Assembly: GCA_030646995.1 (NCBI GenBank)
Contig: JAUSKF010000004.1
Coordinates: 84,404-148,403 of the forward strand
DNA length: 64,000 bases
Reading direction: 5' to 3'
DNA from: a bacterium
GTDB lineage: Bacteria; Patescibacteriota; Minisyncoccia; UBA6257; WO2-44-18
Shown: piece by piece, positions 37,340 through 46,691 of the stretch
Numbering within the stretch: position 1 is the first letter of the stretch
Layout of the letters: the number at the start of each line of letters is the position of its first letter
The notes under the pieces: model-generated
The model's input: the letters and a program-made list of their open reading frames with translations, nothing else
The model's database searches: none
Told to the model about the DNA's origin: nothing
Program-made: the position numbers and the translations under genes

Positions 37340-37540
37340 TATTTGTCAAGGGCTCATGGCTTCCTACCCCAAGCTCCTCATAAGACCTTCGGCGGCCAAA
37401 CCGCGACTTATTTAAGCTATTTTTTCGGCCCTAAAATTGGGGTGCGCCAAAATAGCTAAACGCACGGGGCTACGCCTCGGAATCTTATTCGGAGCATTGG
37501 GGTAAAGCCTGATTCGCTTTGTTAAAACTGGAACCAAGAA
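37340..37540. repeat. GC-rich intergenic repeat, copy A (~200 bp)
   Basis: Aligns along its length with 46440-46690 and partially with 57790-57875. Shared blocks include gaccttcggcggcc, ggccctaaa, cgcacggggctacgcctcggaatc, ttcgcttt and aagggctc. Confidence 0.55.
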
Positions 37541-37544
37541 TCCC

Positions 37545-39305
37545 CTACTCGCTCACTTCTACGGCCCCGCCCATGCCCGGGTTTAAATGGTCGTGATACT
37601 TCCAAGAACCTGCCTTTTCAAATACAAAAGAATAAGACTCCCCCTCGCTTAAACCGCCCAGGGAATCAAAGCCCGGTAAAACTAAATGGGTTGGGTGCGA
37701 CGCCGAAGCCGGCCAGTGTGGACGAATATCTTTATTCAACCAGGTAACTTTCGCGCCAGCCGCAACTTGAATCATCGGAGGCTCAAATCCGGTGGTAGTG
37801 ATAAAGACCGTAATTGATTCCGGCTGAAGAACGGAGGTAGTTTTAATGGGCACATGGCCGATTGCTTCATTGGCCGGAACAGAATTCAACGCTTTGGGAA
37901 CTTCAATCGATTTAGGATTTTCTAAAGCTCTAAAAAATTCTTCAATAGTAGAAAGAAGAATCTTAACTGTCCGCAGGGAAGCCGCGATGCTTTCCGGAGC
38001 CTCTTCTCTTTCGATTGATTTAGCCAAGGCAACAATTCTTCGCTCGGCCTCGCTTAGCAAAGAGAATAGTTTCGGATTCTGCTCTTTAGTAAAGTCGGAC
38101 TTATTTACCTCGGAAAGCCAAAAGTCATATACCTTATTAATATTTTCCAAATCACTCTCGGCATCCGATATATCCGGATTCAGCTGATTAATCGCATTTT
38201 TTAAAGCGGCCTGGGCGGCGGTAGCCTGTCCGAAAGCTCCTCCATAATTACCTTCTTCTAAAAACTTCTCGGCTTGCAAAAGACCGAATTTTGCCCGCTC
38301 CACCAGCTCCTTGGGAGCGTTTTTTACGGATACCCGCTCACTAATCATCTCTTCCACCCTGGCCAGCAAGTCTTGCGCTTCGGCCATGGCCTGTTTGGCC
38401 CGTTCTTCGCTGATGCCTCCGGCATCTTCAATCTTGGATAAAATTCTCTGGCGAATAATATTTAATTCGTTACGCAATGCCGAGGTAAGCACTTTTTCTC
38501 GAACTTCATCAATAAGCCGTAATCGACGCAAACGATCTCCGGACAACCCGCTTAAATCCCCCAATTCCCCGCCAGCCAATACTAATCCCTCCAATTTTCC
38601 ACCAAATTTCAAAAGTAAATCCTCGCGTAGAAAAGAAACGGATTTTTCCGCTTCTCCTGAAAGCGCTTCTCCTAAACGATCCGCCAAATCGGCGGCCCGC
38701 AACTCTCTGAAGGGATCGTTAAGCTCCTGAACCTCCAAAAGAAATTGAGCCTTGAAGTCTCGTGGGTTAACCAACCGAATCGGCGCCTGCGCCAAAGCAG
38801 CTGCCAAGGAATCAACCGCTTTTTCTATTTTCTCTAATGAAGCTTTTTCATTCGAATATTTATTGGACAAATCTTCCAGCAATCGGAAGTGGCGCAATCC
38901 CTGTGAAATCAAATCCTCCGAAATAGCCGACAATTTGGAGCTTCCGAGCTCGTCTTTGATGGCCTCGAGATTTTCCATCAGCCGGGAAAGGCTATCCAAA
39001 TAACTATCCAATGCGCGATCAATGGCAAAAAGATTGCCGGTGGCAATTTCCTCCAGCTTCTTAAGTTCTGCCGCTTTTTCGTTCAAAACATTCAACTCCA
39101 ACTGGGCACGATTGCTGGCGCTAGCCGAGAGTAACTTGCGGAAACCCCGTCCCCATTCTTTCAAAAAATAGAAAGGATTCGAAGGCAAAAGACCGGAGCT
39201 TTGGATGCCCAAATCACCCCCTTCTTGAGCCAAAAGGAATGCCTGCGGGACCGTTATAGACAATGCAACGGCCGCCGTTATAAGTATCTTATGTAGTTGT
39301 TTCAT
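37545..39305 (-). CDS. secreted coiled-coil-rich protein with C-terminal cupredoxin-like domain
   Basis: Trimmed to the internal ATG giving signal peptide MKQLHKILITAAVALSITVPQA. C-terminal KVTWLNKDIRPHWP...YHDHLNPGMGG resembles a plastocyanin-like fold but has no Cys. Confidence 0.55.
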   Translation of the reverse strand: MKQLHKILITAAVALSITVPQAFLLAQEGGDLGIQSSGLLPSNPFYFLKEWGRGFRKLLSASASNRAQLELNVLNEKAAELKKLEEIATGNLFAIDRALDSYLDSLSRLMENLEAIKDELGSSKLSAISEDLISQGLRHFRLLEDLSNKYSNEKASLEKIEKAVDSLAAALAQAPIRLVNPRDFKAQFLLEVQELNDPFRELRAADLADRLGEALSGEAEKSVSFLREDLLLKFGGKLEGLVLAGGELGDLSGLSGDRLRRLRLIDEVREKVLTSALRNELNIIRQRILSKIEDAGGISEERAKQAMAEAQDLLARVEEMISERVSVKNAPKELVERAKFGLLQAEKFLEEGNYGGAFGQATAAQAALKNAINQLNPDISDAESDLENINKVYDFWLSEVNKSDFTKEQNPKLFSLLSEAERRIVALAKSIEREEAPESIAASLRTVKILLSTIEEFFRALENPKSIEVPKALNSVPANEAIGHVPIKTTSVLQPESITVFITTTGFEPPMIQVAAGAKVTWLNKDIRPHWPASASHPTHLVLPGFDSLGGLSEGESYSFVFEKAGSWKYHDHLNPGMGGAVEVSE

Positions 39306-40272
39306 AGTAATTCCAGCTACACCTTGTTGAGAGCAGAACTTGCCTGCCGAAGGCATGGCTGGAGGCAAAAAGCTATCTAAAATGGGTAGATTTGGACTCT
39401 GCCCAACAAAAAAGGCCTTAACAGACCTTAGGGATACTATATCACAAAGGGTATCGGAAAACAATCCTCTTTGGGGAATAAAAAAGCCCCCGTCTGCGTG
39501 AGCAAGCGGGGGTAAATCTGGGTCGCGTGGTAGCGGGTTGGGGGCGTAAGCCTCGCCATTGTCCTGCCCATCGGCAGGCATCGCGCTACCGACGCAACCT
39601 TTTCGAGAAAACTGCGCGCAGTCCGCGGTGTGGCCCCACCGCGGTGTAGAGGCCACTCATTCGCCTCTATGTTCCGGCGAGCCCCTGAGGGTACTCTATT
39701 CTCTCCGCGCCATCCAATTAAGCGGAGTTCTATAAGGCCGGAATTGACACGCACCACTCTTGTGATGCGGCTGCCAGGGTGGCTGCGCGCGCCCACCTGC
39801 ACCAAAAAGGATCCTTGTCCCTCGCGTAGATCATCAGACCTTACGCAAGGGACTTGTCCCATACATTAGAAATGTACGGTCTCTAACACTACAGTCATTC
39901 ACTAAAAGCACTTCGTTTTTCTAGCTTTATGGAACACACTGCGAAGCCCTAATCCCCCTTTATAGCGGGATGGGCAAGCCCGCCTGAGGCGGGTAAATAA
40001 AAGACCCTTTTTGATGCGGGTGGACTACTTAACGTTCTAGGAGAGATTATAGCGTATAACCTAATTCTTGTCAAGCCCCCACACCAAACGAGAAGTTTGG
40101 CTGAATTCTTTTGCTTCTCGTTGTGGTGTGGGGGTCAAGGGCTCCGGCATGTTCCTCGAAACTACTCCCTGCGCTTTGGAAAAAAACGCCTCCGAGACGT
40201 TCCTTGAAGATGTTTTCCCAAGATAGTAACCGACCGGTGTTATCCCGCGAGATAACACCCCATCGTTGACTA
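39306..40272. other. ~1 kb GC-rich, hairpin-dense non-coding block
   Basis: No credible ORF; ORF-track entries here are Arg-rich translations of GC-rich DNA. Multiple long perfect stems, e.g. 40078-40136, 39968-39998 and 39630-39680. Confidence 0.3.
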
Positions 40273-40311
40273 TAAAAACAAAAATCCCCTACCTTCTGCA
40301 GAAGGTAGGGG
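40273..40311 (-). terminator. strong rho-independent terminator (11 bp perfect stem)
   Basis: Read on the minus strand: CCCCTACCTTCtgcaGAAGGTAGGGG followed by atttttgttttt. Confidence 0.55.
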
Positions 40312-40411
40312 CCGGATGACGTGTTCGCGCTAGTTTAGCGGGCGGCATCGCTTGGGATCAATCATCGCTGTTAGTTGCCCGCAAGGATCGCGACGCGAAC
40401 ACGCTGATTCG

Positions 40412-41014
40412 TTACTTGTTTGTTGAATCCTCAGCGGGAGTGTTCTCTCTGCGGATGCGATCCACGATCGCCTTGCGCTCCCGCCGGTTTCTTTCTGCCT
40501 CTTGATAGCCACACTCCACTTTTTCCAAATCGACCCTATCCCAATACGCCATTCGCTCCCAAACCTCGAACGGGACGCGCACATAGACATCGTCCCCGTC
40601 GGGGCTGATGAGTTGCGCCACAGACTCCCGCGGATCGACGAGCTGAAAGAGCTTGACCCTCTTCACCCGGTAACCGTCATAGTCGAGCATCTGTCGAAGC
40701 GTCAACTCCGGCCCGCGACGCGCCCGGAAAAATTCACCGAACTCGCCGAAGTACCAGATGCTGAACGCAAGCGCGAAGACCCCGGTGGAAATTAGCGTTG
40801 CAGGATGCGTGCCTACCGCCTTCAGCTTCGCCAGCGGCTTTCGGAAAGGGTACATGGCCACACCCACAACCTTCATGAAGGCGTTGCGCAGCCAGCCATT
40901 CCTCTGCTCCAGCATTCCTTCCAGCTCATCAATCCGCCTCTGCTTCTCGGTGCACAACTCCACATAATCCGGCTGGTCGACATACTTGGAACCGTCCTGC
41001 GGGGCTTCACTCAC
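40412..41014 (-). CDS. hypothetical single-TM protein, GC-rich; probable GTG start
   Basis: AGGAGG 6 nt before GTG at 41014; the ATG at 41053 lacks an RBS. TM segment LISTGVFALAFSIWYFGEF. Confidence 0.45.
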   Translation of the reverse strand: MSEAPQDGSKYVDQPDYVELCTEKQRRIDELEGMLEQRNGWLRNAFMKVVGVAMYPFRKPLAKLKAVGTHPATLISTGVFALAFSIWYFGEFGEFFRARRGPELTLRQMLDYDGYRVKRVKLFQLVDPRESVAQLISPDGDDVYVRVPFEVWERMAYWDRVDLEKVECGYQEAERNRRERKAIVDRIRRENTPAEDSTNK

Positions 41015-41347
41015 AGCTTTCCTCCTTGTAAGGGACTGGCGAGATATTAGCATGTCAAACTGAATTCGTCAAACTATAAAAATCCCTGCCGGCAGGCAGG
41101 CCCTTCAATAAGAACAAAGCGAACGAGGTTACTTTTTGTTCTCGTAGCTCCTCAAAGCAGAGGCGAAGGCGTGTTGGTTCAAGGAACATCTCGGAGGCGG
41201 TTGGGCTTGGCTCGTTCGTTGTCCATATTTACGAACGAACAACCGCCGAGAGAGAAGAAAACCCCGCCGTTGGAGTGGGGTTATTCTGTGTCCGAGAATC
41301 AATACGCCAGAGCCCTTTGCGAGAGAATAAAAGTAGCCGAGTGAGCC

Positions 41348-42652
41348 CTAGTAGCCTTCTAAGGTGTGTGCCTTCCCGTGCCCCCGAATACGAACCAAAG
41401 CCTTAGCTTCAATCTGCCGAATACGCTCACGAGTAACGCCGAATTCCTTGCCCACTTCTTCCAGAGTGTGGGTCACGCCATCATCCAAACCAAAACGCAT
41501 GCTCAAAATCTTCTGCTCGCGGGGAGTCAGGTCAACCAAAATTTCTTTGATTTTGTCACGGAGTAAAGTTTGAGAAGCTACCTGTGAAGGAGTCAGGTTG
41601 CGGTCGTCGGGAATGAACTCCGAAAGGGTGGAATCCTCATCATCATCGCCTACTGGAGATTCCAAAGAAACGACGTCCTGGGAAATTTTCTGAATGTGGC
41701 GGATCTTTTCTACCGGTATATTCATCTCAATAGCAATCTCTTCCGCCAAAGGCTCACGGCCCAGCTCTTGTAGAAGACGGCGTTTGGCCTGCGTGTATTT
41801 AGAAATTGTTTCCACCATATGCACCGGAATACGAATGGTGCGGGATTGGTCGGCTAAAGCGCGGGTAATGGCCTGGCGAATCCACCAAGTGGCATAGGTA
41901 GAAAATTTAAAACCACGGCGATAATCAAATTTATCGACGGCACGGGATAAACCTATGTTACCTTCCTGCACCAAATCCAAAATGCTCAAATTCGGAGAGC
42001 GATTCACATACCGCTTGGCGATAGAAACCACTAAACGCAGGTTGGCCTGAATGAAATGACGGCGGGCTTCTTGGTCCCCTTTTTCAATTTTCTTCGCCAA
42101 CTCCCTTTCTTCCTCGCCTTTCAAGAGTGGGGTCTTACCAATTTCTTTTAAATACATCTGTACAGCGTCAGGCAAATGCTCGCCTACGGTCGCCTCCTCC
42201 AATTCTTTAGTGCTAATCTCTTCTTTCGGAAGTTCAATTAATTGATTGGTTTCTATTACTTTAATCTGGGACTCTTCGAGTTTGTCGTAAATCTCTTCTA
42301 AAAAGCTGATATCGTCTTCAACATGCGGAAAATAATTCAAAACCTCGCCGTCGGTCACGAAACCGCGACTTCGGCCTCTTTCGATAAGCTCACCCAAGGC
42401 CTGCAAATCAATTTCCCGTTTCGCGGCTTTTTTGCCGGTGAGTTTACCCTGTTTTGCATTAGATTTCTTCGAGAACTTCTCCACCTTCTTGGACTTCATA
42501 GTAATCCCCTTAGCCTTTCTAGACGCCTGCCTACCGGTAGGCAGGGCTTTTTTAACGGTTTTTTTGACCGTCTTTTTAGCTATCTTCTTAACTTTTTTAA
42601 GCTTGCTCCGTGAGAGCGAAGCAACTTTACGGGGTTTCAATTTTTTCACCAT
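41348..42652 (-). CDS. rpoD: RNA polymerase sigma factor RpoD (sigma-70) with lysine-rich N-terminal extension
   Basis: Region 2 (IAKRYVNRS...[16 protein letters not shown]), region 4 HTH ([24 protein letters not shown]). Confidence 0.9.
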   Translation of the reverse strand: MVKKLKPRKVASLSRSKLKKVKKIAKKTVKKTVKKALPTGRQASRKAKGITMKSKKVEKFSKKSNAKQGKLTGKKAAKREIDLQALGELIERGRSRGFVTDGEVLNYFPHVEDDISFLEEIYDKLEESQIKVIETNQLIELPKEEISTKELEEATVGEHLPDAVQMYLKEIGKTPLLKGEEERELAKKIEKGDQEARRHFIQANLRLVVSIAKRYVNRSPNLSILDLVQEGNIGLSRAVDKFDYRRGFKFSTYATWWIRQAITRALADQSRTIRIPVHMVETISKYTQAKRRLLQELGREPLAEEIAIEMNIPVEKIRHIQKISQDVVSLESPVGDDDEDSTLSEFIPDDRNLTPSQVASQTLLRDKIKEILVDLTPREQKILSMRFGLDDGVTHTLEEVGKEFGVTRERIRQIEAKALVRIRGHGKAHTLEGY

Positions 42653-42674
42653 AAGTAGAAAACGACCCTGCTTG

Positions 42675-44426
42675 CTATGCCAAAGTCGCTTGTTTCTCTA
42701 AATTCTGCATTTCTTGAAGTACTTTGTCAAAGGCAGAGAGGGCCGCTGTAAGCTCAGCCTCATTATTCTTCTGCTCGGCGAGTTTAATAGACCAGAGCAA
42801 TTCCTGCTTATGGGAGCGCAAATTTTCCATCTTTAACTGACGCACCAACTCCAATAACTCGGCTTTGGCCTTAACTTCGTCGGATTCAAAGTCCAAACCG
42901 GATCGTAAGCTGACTAAATCAGCCACCGGCTTCAGTTCAACATTCAACGACAAAGATTTCGGGTCCCTACCGTGCTCCAAAATAGCCCTATAACTTTCCG
43001 GAATATGCTCAATGTTATTTTTTATATCTTCATAGAAAGCCGGATGATTTAACACTAGCGAAATAGTCCGCTGGCTAATCAGATCCTTGCGTGATAATTG
43101 CGGAAGTTTGGCTTTTTCGGCGGGCTCCACAGCCGAGTCGGTAAATTTCGGCGCCTCATCTTTGATGTTCAACATTTCTTCCTCCAGCGTTGTCTGAGCG
43201 ACACCACTCTGATCGGAAATAATTTTCAACCAATGCGAACGCTCCACTGGGCTAGCTATCACCCGAAGTCGGGATAAAAGCGCCCGTACATTCTTTTTCC
43301 AAACCAGCGTGTCGGAACGATTAGATATTTGATGCTGACTAATCAAATATTCCATCGCCGGCTTAGCCTCGGAAACCAGCTTCACCATCATTCCGGGATT
43401 CGCCTGCGCGATATCTGCCGGATCCTTCACGCCAAGATCCGCCGGCACCGACAAAACTTTAATCGAAAAATCGGCGGCATTTGCCAAATCAATCGTGCGT
43501 TCGGCGGCCATTTTTCCGGCGGCGTCCTGATCGAAAGAAAGTACTAAAGAATCCGAAAGGCGTTTGAGATTACGGAGGTGATCAACGGTGAGCGCCGTTC
43601 CGGATGTCGCCACCAAATTCTTCACTCCGTCCTGCCAAGACATTATCAAGTCCATCTGACCTTCCACTAGTACGGCGGTACGGCTGTCGCGGATAAAATT
43701 CTTGGACTTATCCAGGCCATAAAGTAGCTTCGATTTATTGAAAATTGGCGTTTCGGGCGAGTTCACATATTTCCCTAAATTTTCCGATTCAAATCCCGGC
43801 ATAATTCTTCCCGTAAAAGCGATGGTTTTGCCGAAAGAATTAATCAACGGAAACATTATCCGATTACGGAAACGGTCCCGAAAAGTACCGCGGTCGGTTT
43901 TCAGAGAAAGTCCGGCTTTTTCAATCGCGGTGATTGCATAGCCTTTGCCGAGTAAAAATCTGGTGAGGACTTCGGGTTGGTCGGGAGCGAACCCGATTTC
44001 AAACTCTGCTATAGTTTCCGGCTTCAGGCCTCGGGATTTTAAATATTCGCGGACGGCGGGGGTGAGTTGGGATTTGAAAAAGTCCTTAGCTAAGCGATTA
44101 GCTTCATATAAAACATTCAGGGCTTTCTGATCAGGTCCGGAAATTTGCCCGATATCCACGCCTGTTTTTTCCGCGAGAATTTTCAAGGCTTCAAAGAATT
44201 CTATATTTTCAAAACGCATCAAGAATGCAAAAATATCTCCTCCGACATTACAACCGAAACAATGCCACATCTGTCGGTCAGGCGAAACGATAAAAGACGG
44301 GCTCTTCTCTTTGTGAAACGGGCAATGGCCTTTGAGATTCTTTCCGGCAGGATTCAACGGCACGTAAACTCGGATAAAATCCGCGATATCCAACTTATCT
44401 TTTATCTGCTGGGTGTTATCCGACAT
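42675..44426 (-). CDS. dnaG: DNA primase
   Basis: CHC2 zinc finger ([11 protein letters not shown]...[11 protein letters not shown]); TOPRIM (LVEGQMDLI); lies upstream of rpoD. Confidence 0.9.
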   Translation of the reverse strand: MSDNTQQIKDKLDIADFIRVYVPLNPAGKNLKGHCPFHKEKSPSFIVSPDRQMWHCFGCNVGGDIFAFLMRFENIEFFEALKILAEKTGVDIGQISGPDQKALNVLYEANRLAKDFFKSQLTPAVREYLKSRGLKPETIAEFEIGFAPDQPEVLTRFLLGKGYAITAIEKAGLSLKTDRGTFRDRFRNRIMFPLINSFGKTIAFTGRIMPGFESENLGKYVNSPETPIFNKSKLLYGLDKSKNFIRDSRTAVLVEGQMDLIMSWQDGVKNLVATSGTALTVDHLRNLKRLSDSLVLSFDQDAAGKMAAERTIDLANAADFSIKVLSVPADLGVKDPADIAQANPGMMVKLVSEAKPAMEYLISQHQISNRSDTLVWKKNVRALLSRLRVIASPVERSHWLKIISDQSGVAQTTLEEEMLNIKDEAPKFTDSAVEPAEKAKLPQLSRKDLISQRTISLVLNHPAFYEDIKNNIEHIPESYRAILEHGRDPKSLSLNVELKPVADLVSLRSGLDFESDEVKAKAELLELVRQLKMENLRSHKQELLWSIKLAEQKNNEAELTAALSAFDKVLQEMQNLEKQATLA

Positions 44427-44532
44427 GCCTTGATTTTACTCGATTTATACCATTGTAGGCAATAAAAAGACCCAGCATGTCTCTAGATCGTTATGGTTCA
44501 ACAGTTTTTGATAATTCGAGAGAAAGTACTAC

Positions 44533-44877
44533 CTAAAAATCCATCGAGGACTCCAGCTTGGGCAAATTAATGGTGTCGATAAGAGCCATTTTCAAGCTAG
44601 CAGCCTCCTTTTCAATTACCGGACCGTCATAATCTCCGCTGTGCGCAGTTGAGCCTTTATAAACCGGCGCTTTCTGGTCAAGGTGCAGATTAACCACCAA
44701 TTTTTTCGTGGTTTTATTGAAAGAAGCATAGACGTGAAAACGCGGATACAAATTATCCGATAGGCCGCGATAAAAACGCCACTCCCCCGTTTTTTGGTCG
44801 TTGCCGTCAAAATGATAACCGACCGAACGCATCGAGTCGGTAAGATTCTCGGTGAAGTTTAGAAATTCAATTGTCAT
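44533..44877 (-). CDS. hypothetical protein (114 aa)
   Basis: Translationally coupled to the upstream cupredoxin-like gene (start at 44877, stop at 44878-44880). Confidence 0.45.
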   Translation of the reverse strand: MTIEFLNFTENLTDSMRSVGYHFDGNDQKTGEWRFYRGLSDNLYPRFHVYASFNKTTKKLVVNLHLDQKAPVYKGSTAHSGDYDGPVIEKEAASLKMALIDTINLPKLESSMDF

Positions 44878-45306
44878 TTATTTAACTCTTATTTCGCCGG
44901 TCATTGTGGCGGGATTGTCGGAGGAATGATAAGTGTAGGTGCCGGGGAAATTAAACAGATGAGTAAAAAGCTCGCCGTATTTAAGTTGGGTAGAATTCGC
45001 AAGTTTAGTCAGTAATCCGGCCGGTTGAGAATCAAAGTTCACGGAATGAAAAAGTTCGTCACCATTCTTCCAGAGAACCTTCGTCCCCGGGCTGACTACA
45101 ATCCTACGAGGATTAAAATCAAAATCTTTCATATCTACCAGCACCTCCGTGATTCCCCGCAAATCAAAATATCCGGCTGGCACCTCTTCTGTAAAAATAC
45201 CCTCCTCTTTCTCCGGCAGTCCCGATTGAAAATAATTAAAAAATACAAATAAACCGGCCAAACAAATAGCGGCGGTCAATACTCCAATTAGAAATAAACG
45301 CTTCAT
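44878..45306 (-). CDS. secreted cupredoxin-like protein (Cys ligand replaced by Ser)
   Basis: N-terminal TM/signal; PGTKVLWKNGDELFHSVNF...PGTYTYHSSDNPATMTGEIRV matches the plastocyanin/pseudoazurin pattern except C->S. Confidence 0.55.
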   Translation of the reverse strand: MKRLFLIGVLTAAICLAGLFVFFNYFQSGLPEKEEGIFTEEVPAGYFDLRGITEVLVDMKDFDFNPRRIVVSPGTKVLWKNGDELFHSVNFDSQPAGLLTKLANSTQLKYGELFTHLFNFPGTYTYHSSDNPATMTGEIRVK

Positions 45307-45336
45307 ACAAGAAAAGTCTAACGCAAATTCCGGTAA

Positions 45337-45374
45337 TAAAAAACCTCTGCAATTACGCAGAGGCTTTGTTTGTT
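45337..45374. terminator. bidirectional rho-independent terminator
   Basis: aaaaaaa-CCTCTGC-aattac-GCAGAGG-ctttgtttgttt. Confidence 0.5.
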
Positions 45375-45375
45375 T

Positions 45376-46431
45376 CTAAAATGGCTTTATTTGCTTCAGC
45401 AAATCGGAAGCCGGATTAAACCTGAACTTCTTCACCGGTTCGAAGAAGTCACTACATTGCTCAAGCGCAAAGACAATCTCTTTCGCTTCTTCGCTAGTCA
45501 AACTTTCCTTCATTCCCTTCTCCAAAACTTCGATAGTGTATTTGGGGGAAAGAAGCTCGGGATCTCGGCCGGGCACTCTCTTGGCCCGCTCTTCGAGCAT
45601 CCGCCTCGGCAACTCTTTCGCAAGGAACCAAAGCGCATCGCGAAGTTTTGCATAAGTCTCAGAGCTTGTGTCAGCGTTGCATTCTTTCACGGCTCGGAGA
45701 ACCGACCGGAAAGAAGGCGGCCTCTTAACTGATGCCGCGCGGCAGGCCAACACTCCGCCGATGCCTCCGCCATCCGCCCTTTCTGGCGGAGGCGGATCCG
45801 CTTCAAGCACTTCGCAAGATGGCAGGAGAAGGATTGCCTCGGAATCAATCTCCTTCTCTTCGGGCTCGGCCGATGCCAGCCTGACATCGGAAACCAACAG
45901 CGAACAAGGCAGATTCAAATTTTTCAAAGATTGCGGGATGTGGTCGTAGGAAATAACATGTACCAATTTTCCGGCGACAATCAGCGCTTGCACCAGCTTG
46001 AAGAACGGCTCACCGCCATCCCCTGTGCAAAGCACTACTCCCTGAACGCGAGCATCGTTAGCCATCAGCAAACCGATTTCGCAAAGGGCCAAATCCGCAG
46101 AATCCTTCCCTTGTGGAACCAGAATCACGGAAGTGAAGTCGCGATCAATGAGGCACTGCATCATCCGAGAATTATCTTTGCGCATCGCCACCGGCTTCTT
46201 CCGAATGTCAGCGCTCTCTCCATGCACAACAGACTTCGGGGCAGACAGCGCAGCATCTGCGCGAATCAAAGGTCCAAATTGACCGGCAATTCGATCAGCT
46301 TGATCAATCGCTAGATTCAAAACCTTTACATCCGTCAGGCTGCAACCATCATCGTGCCTTGCCTGAATAGTCAAATTTTCAACGTCCATCAAGATGACAC
46401 TGCCCTTGAGCGTACTCGTCTCCGCATGCAT
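45376..46431 (-). CDS. NYN-domain (LabA-like, PIN-like nuclease) protein with C-terminal extension, GC-rich
   Basis: VILMDVENL...DSADLALCEIGLLMANDARVQGVVLCTGDGGEPFF matches the NYN D...EN...D...GDGDF pattern. Start trimmed to the ATG preceded by GGAGAGG; the longer ORF runs into the repeat. Confidence 0.55.
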   Translation of the reverse strand: MHAETSTLKGSVILMDVENLTIQARHDDGCSLTDVKVLNLAIDQADRIAGQFGPLIRADAALSAPKSVVHGESADIRKKPVAMRKDNSRMMQCLIDRDFTSVILVPQGKDSADLALCEIGLLMANDARVQGVVLCTGDGGEPFFKLVQALIVAGKLVHVISYDHIPQSLKNLNLPCSLLVSDVRLASAEPEEKEIDSEAILLLPSCEVLEADPPPPERADGGGIGGVLACRAASVKRPPSFRSVLRAVKECNADTSSETYAKLRDALWFLAKELPRRMLEERAKRVPGRDPELLSPKYTIEVLEKGMKESLTSEEAKEIVFALEQCSDFFEPVKKFRFNPASDLLKQIKPF

Positions 46432-46439
46432 GGCTTTTC

Positions 46440-46690
46440 CTCTCCAAGACAGCGGTGATATCTTACTAATTTTTTGCCAAAAAGTAAAGGGCTCGCTCGG
46501 TCTTTGCATAACTTCTCACTCGACCTTCGGCGGCCATGCCGCGACTCACTTAACGAGATTTTTCCGGCCCTAAAGGGACACTTCGTTCCCGAAAAAATCT
46601 CTATTCGCACGGGGCTACGCCTCGGAATCTCGTTCGAAATTATGCAAAGGCCTCATTCGCTTTATAAAAAATCTCCGCAAAAATGCGGAG
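46440..46690. repeat. GC-rich intergenic repeat, copy B (~250 bp) carrying the promoter of the NYN gene
   Basis: Homologous to copy A. On the minus strand TTTACT-17-TAAGAT promoter at the left end, aligned with TTGACA-17-TAGACT in copy A. Confidence 0.55.
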
Positions 46691-46691
46691 A

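Noticed and set aside
39437-39869. ORF-track entries inside the 1.1 kb GC-rich block (141 aa minus, 79 aa plus)
   Set aside because: Arg/Pro/Gly-rich low-complexity translations with no RBS; typical artefacts of GC-rich non-coding DNA. The 5' part overlaps the spurious N-terminal extension of the secreted-protein gene.
39306-40411. RNase P RNA or tmRNA in the GC-rich structured blocks (also 23620-24060 and 15173-15470)
   Set aside because: None of the universal RNase P stretches (GGAAAGUCCGG, AGGGUGAAA, ACAGAA) nor a tmRNA tRNA-like 3' end (GGUUCGAnUCC...CCA) could be found on either strand. They are left as unclassified.
45668-46314. Plus-strand ORFs (93 and 127 aa) antisense to the NYN gene, plus many other antisense ORF-track entries inside rpoB, rpoC, gyrB, pheT and alaS
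   Set aside because: Embedded antisense in strongly supported genes, no RBS; GC-rich or long genes generate such frames by chance.
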